A DNA stretch of 64,000 nucleotides from an uncultured Planctomycetaceae bacterium (lineage in GTDB: Bacteria; Planctomycetota; Planctomycetia; Planctomycetales; Planctomycetaceae): NCBI GenBank assembly GCA_963815195.1, contig CAWFGE010000008.1:416001-480000 (forward strand), given 5' to 3'. The notes beneath the pieces were generated by a model, which saw nothing but the letters and a program-made list of their open reading frames with translations, had not been told where the DNA came from and did not search any database. This document shows, one piece after another, positions 62,920-64,000 of this stretch (position 1 is the stretch's first letter; every line of letters starts with the position of its first letter). Made by a program: the position numbers and the translations under genes.

Positions 62920-64000
62920 ATGGACACCACGAACGGCCCCTTGAATCGTAAACTTCGCATGGCTTTGGTCGGCGGCGGCCAGGGGGCGTTTATCGGACGC
63001 GTGCATGCGACCGCGGCGATTCTGGATAACCGCGCGGAACTCGTCGCCGGGCGCTCTCGTCCGATCCCGAAAAGGCCAAAGCCTCGGCCCCCGCTTACGA
63101 CATCAAACCCGGCCGGGCGTATGGCTCCTATCAGGAACTGATCGAAAAGGAATCGGCACTGCCGGAAGACGAGCGGATCGATTTCATCAGCGTCGCCACG
63201 CCGAACCACACGCATTTCCCGATCGCCAAAGCCGCGCTCGAAGCGGGCTTCAATGTGATCTGCGACAAGCCGATGACCTTCGATCTCGCCCAGGCGGAAG
63301 AACTGCAACGCCTCGTGGAGAAGTCAGGCGCGGTGTTCGCCCTCACGCACAATTACACCGGCTACCCGCTCGTGCGGGCGGCCCGGCAGATGATCCTAGA
63401 CGGCGAACTCGGCGAAATCCAGGCGATCCGCTCGAACTACATCCAAGGCTGGCTGCGGGCCAGATTGGAGCAGGACGACCAGAAACAAGCCGCCTGGCGA
63501 ACCGATCCCGCCAAGTCCGGGGCCGCCGGGGCCTTCGGCGACATCGGCACGCACGCTTACAACCTGTCCCGCTATATCACCGGTTTGATCCCGGCCGAGA
63601 TTTCCTGCAATCTGAAAATCTTCGCCCCGGGGCGGAAGCTCGACGACTACGGCCACGCCGTGATCCGCTTTGAGAACGGCGCCCTGGGCACCGTCACGGC
63701 CAGCCAGATTTCGCACGGGCGGGAGAACGACCTGTTCATCGAGATCGACGGCACCGAAGGGGCGATTTCCTGGCGGCAGGAAGAACCCAACAGCATGCTC
63801 CTCCGCAAGAACGGGAAGCCGCATCAACTCTACTCTCGCGATCCGAACGCCCCGTACCTCAACGAGTCCGGCTCCGCCGCCTGCCGCCTGCCCGCCGGCC
63901 ACCCGGAAGCCTTTTTTGAAGCCTTCGCCAACGTGTACCGCTCGGCATACGATGCCATCGTCAAGCGAACGAGTGGCGAATCGTTTGAAACAAAGGACAC
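62920..64000 (+). CDS. Gfo/Idh/MocA oxidoreductase, frameshifted near 63050, runs off the window edge
   Basis: LRMALVGGGQGAFIGRVH; then IDFISVATPNHTH, ICDKP and GDIGTHAY in the shifted frame. Confidence 0.9.

Overview
About 60% GC bacterial DNA that looks planctomycete: PEP-CTERM and dockerin surface proteins, DUF2294, an AmmeMemoRadiSam fusion and many REP-like palindromes. The left 37.6 kb appears to be accessory DNA stacked on the 3' end of an initiator tRNA-Met gene (37601-37674, minus strand). A roughly 200-350 bp element end, with TGTCTC-type motif arrays and a 15-bp core overlapping the tRNA 3' end, recurs at about 22650-22987, suggesting two tandem islands. The distal island carries a minus-strand glycogen-to-acetate/energy cassette (SPFH, stress protein, tkt, rpiB, pgm, glgP, ackA, xfp, STAS, class I aldolase, His-phosphatase, P3A H+-ATPase, PPK2). 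It is headed by a leader with an intrinsic terminator opposite a DUF2294 gene and is interrupted by an IS4 element and a mini-IS. The proximal island carries a broken three-gene nuclease/helicase operon (RecB-like Fe-S nuclease; Dna2/Upf1-type helicase fused to an AddB-like module; UvrD/AddA-like helicase), hit by IS3, ISKra4 and a deletion. The right part is mostly core-like (Dus, App1, glycosylasparaginase, nucleotide-sugar dehydrogenase, amrS fusion, GNAT, split transketolase, LOG, Gfo/Idh/MocA). It also holds a compact candidate nucleotide-signalling/conflict locus: a divergent PurA-like gene, a tandem NUDIX, LysR, and a tightly coupled RyR / DUF4062-DeoRC / kinase / TPR-sensor operon. Many genes, including core ones, carry 1-2 nt indels in short runs, probably sequencing or assembly errors. 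All family calls come from motif recognition by eye, not from database searches.
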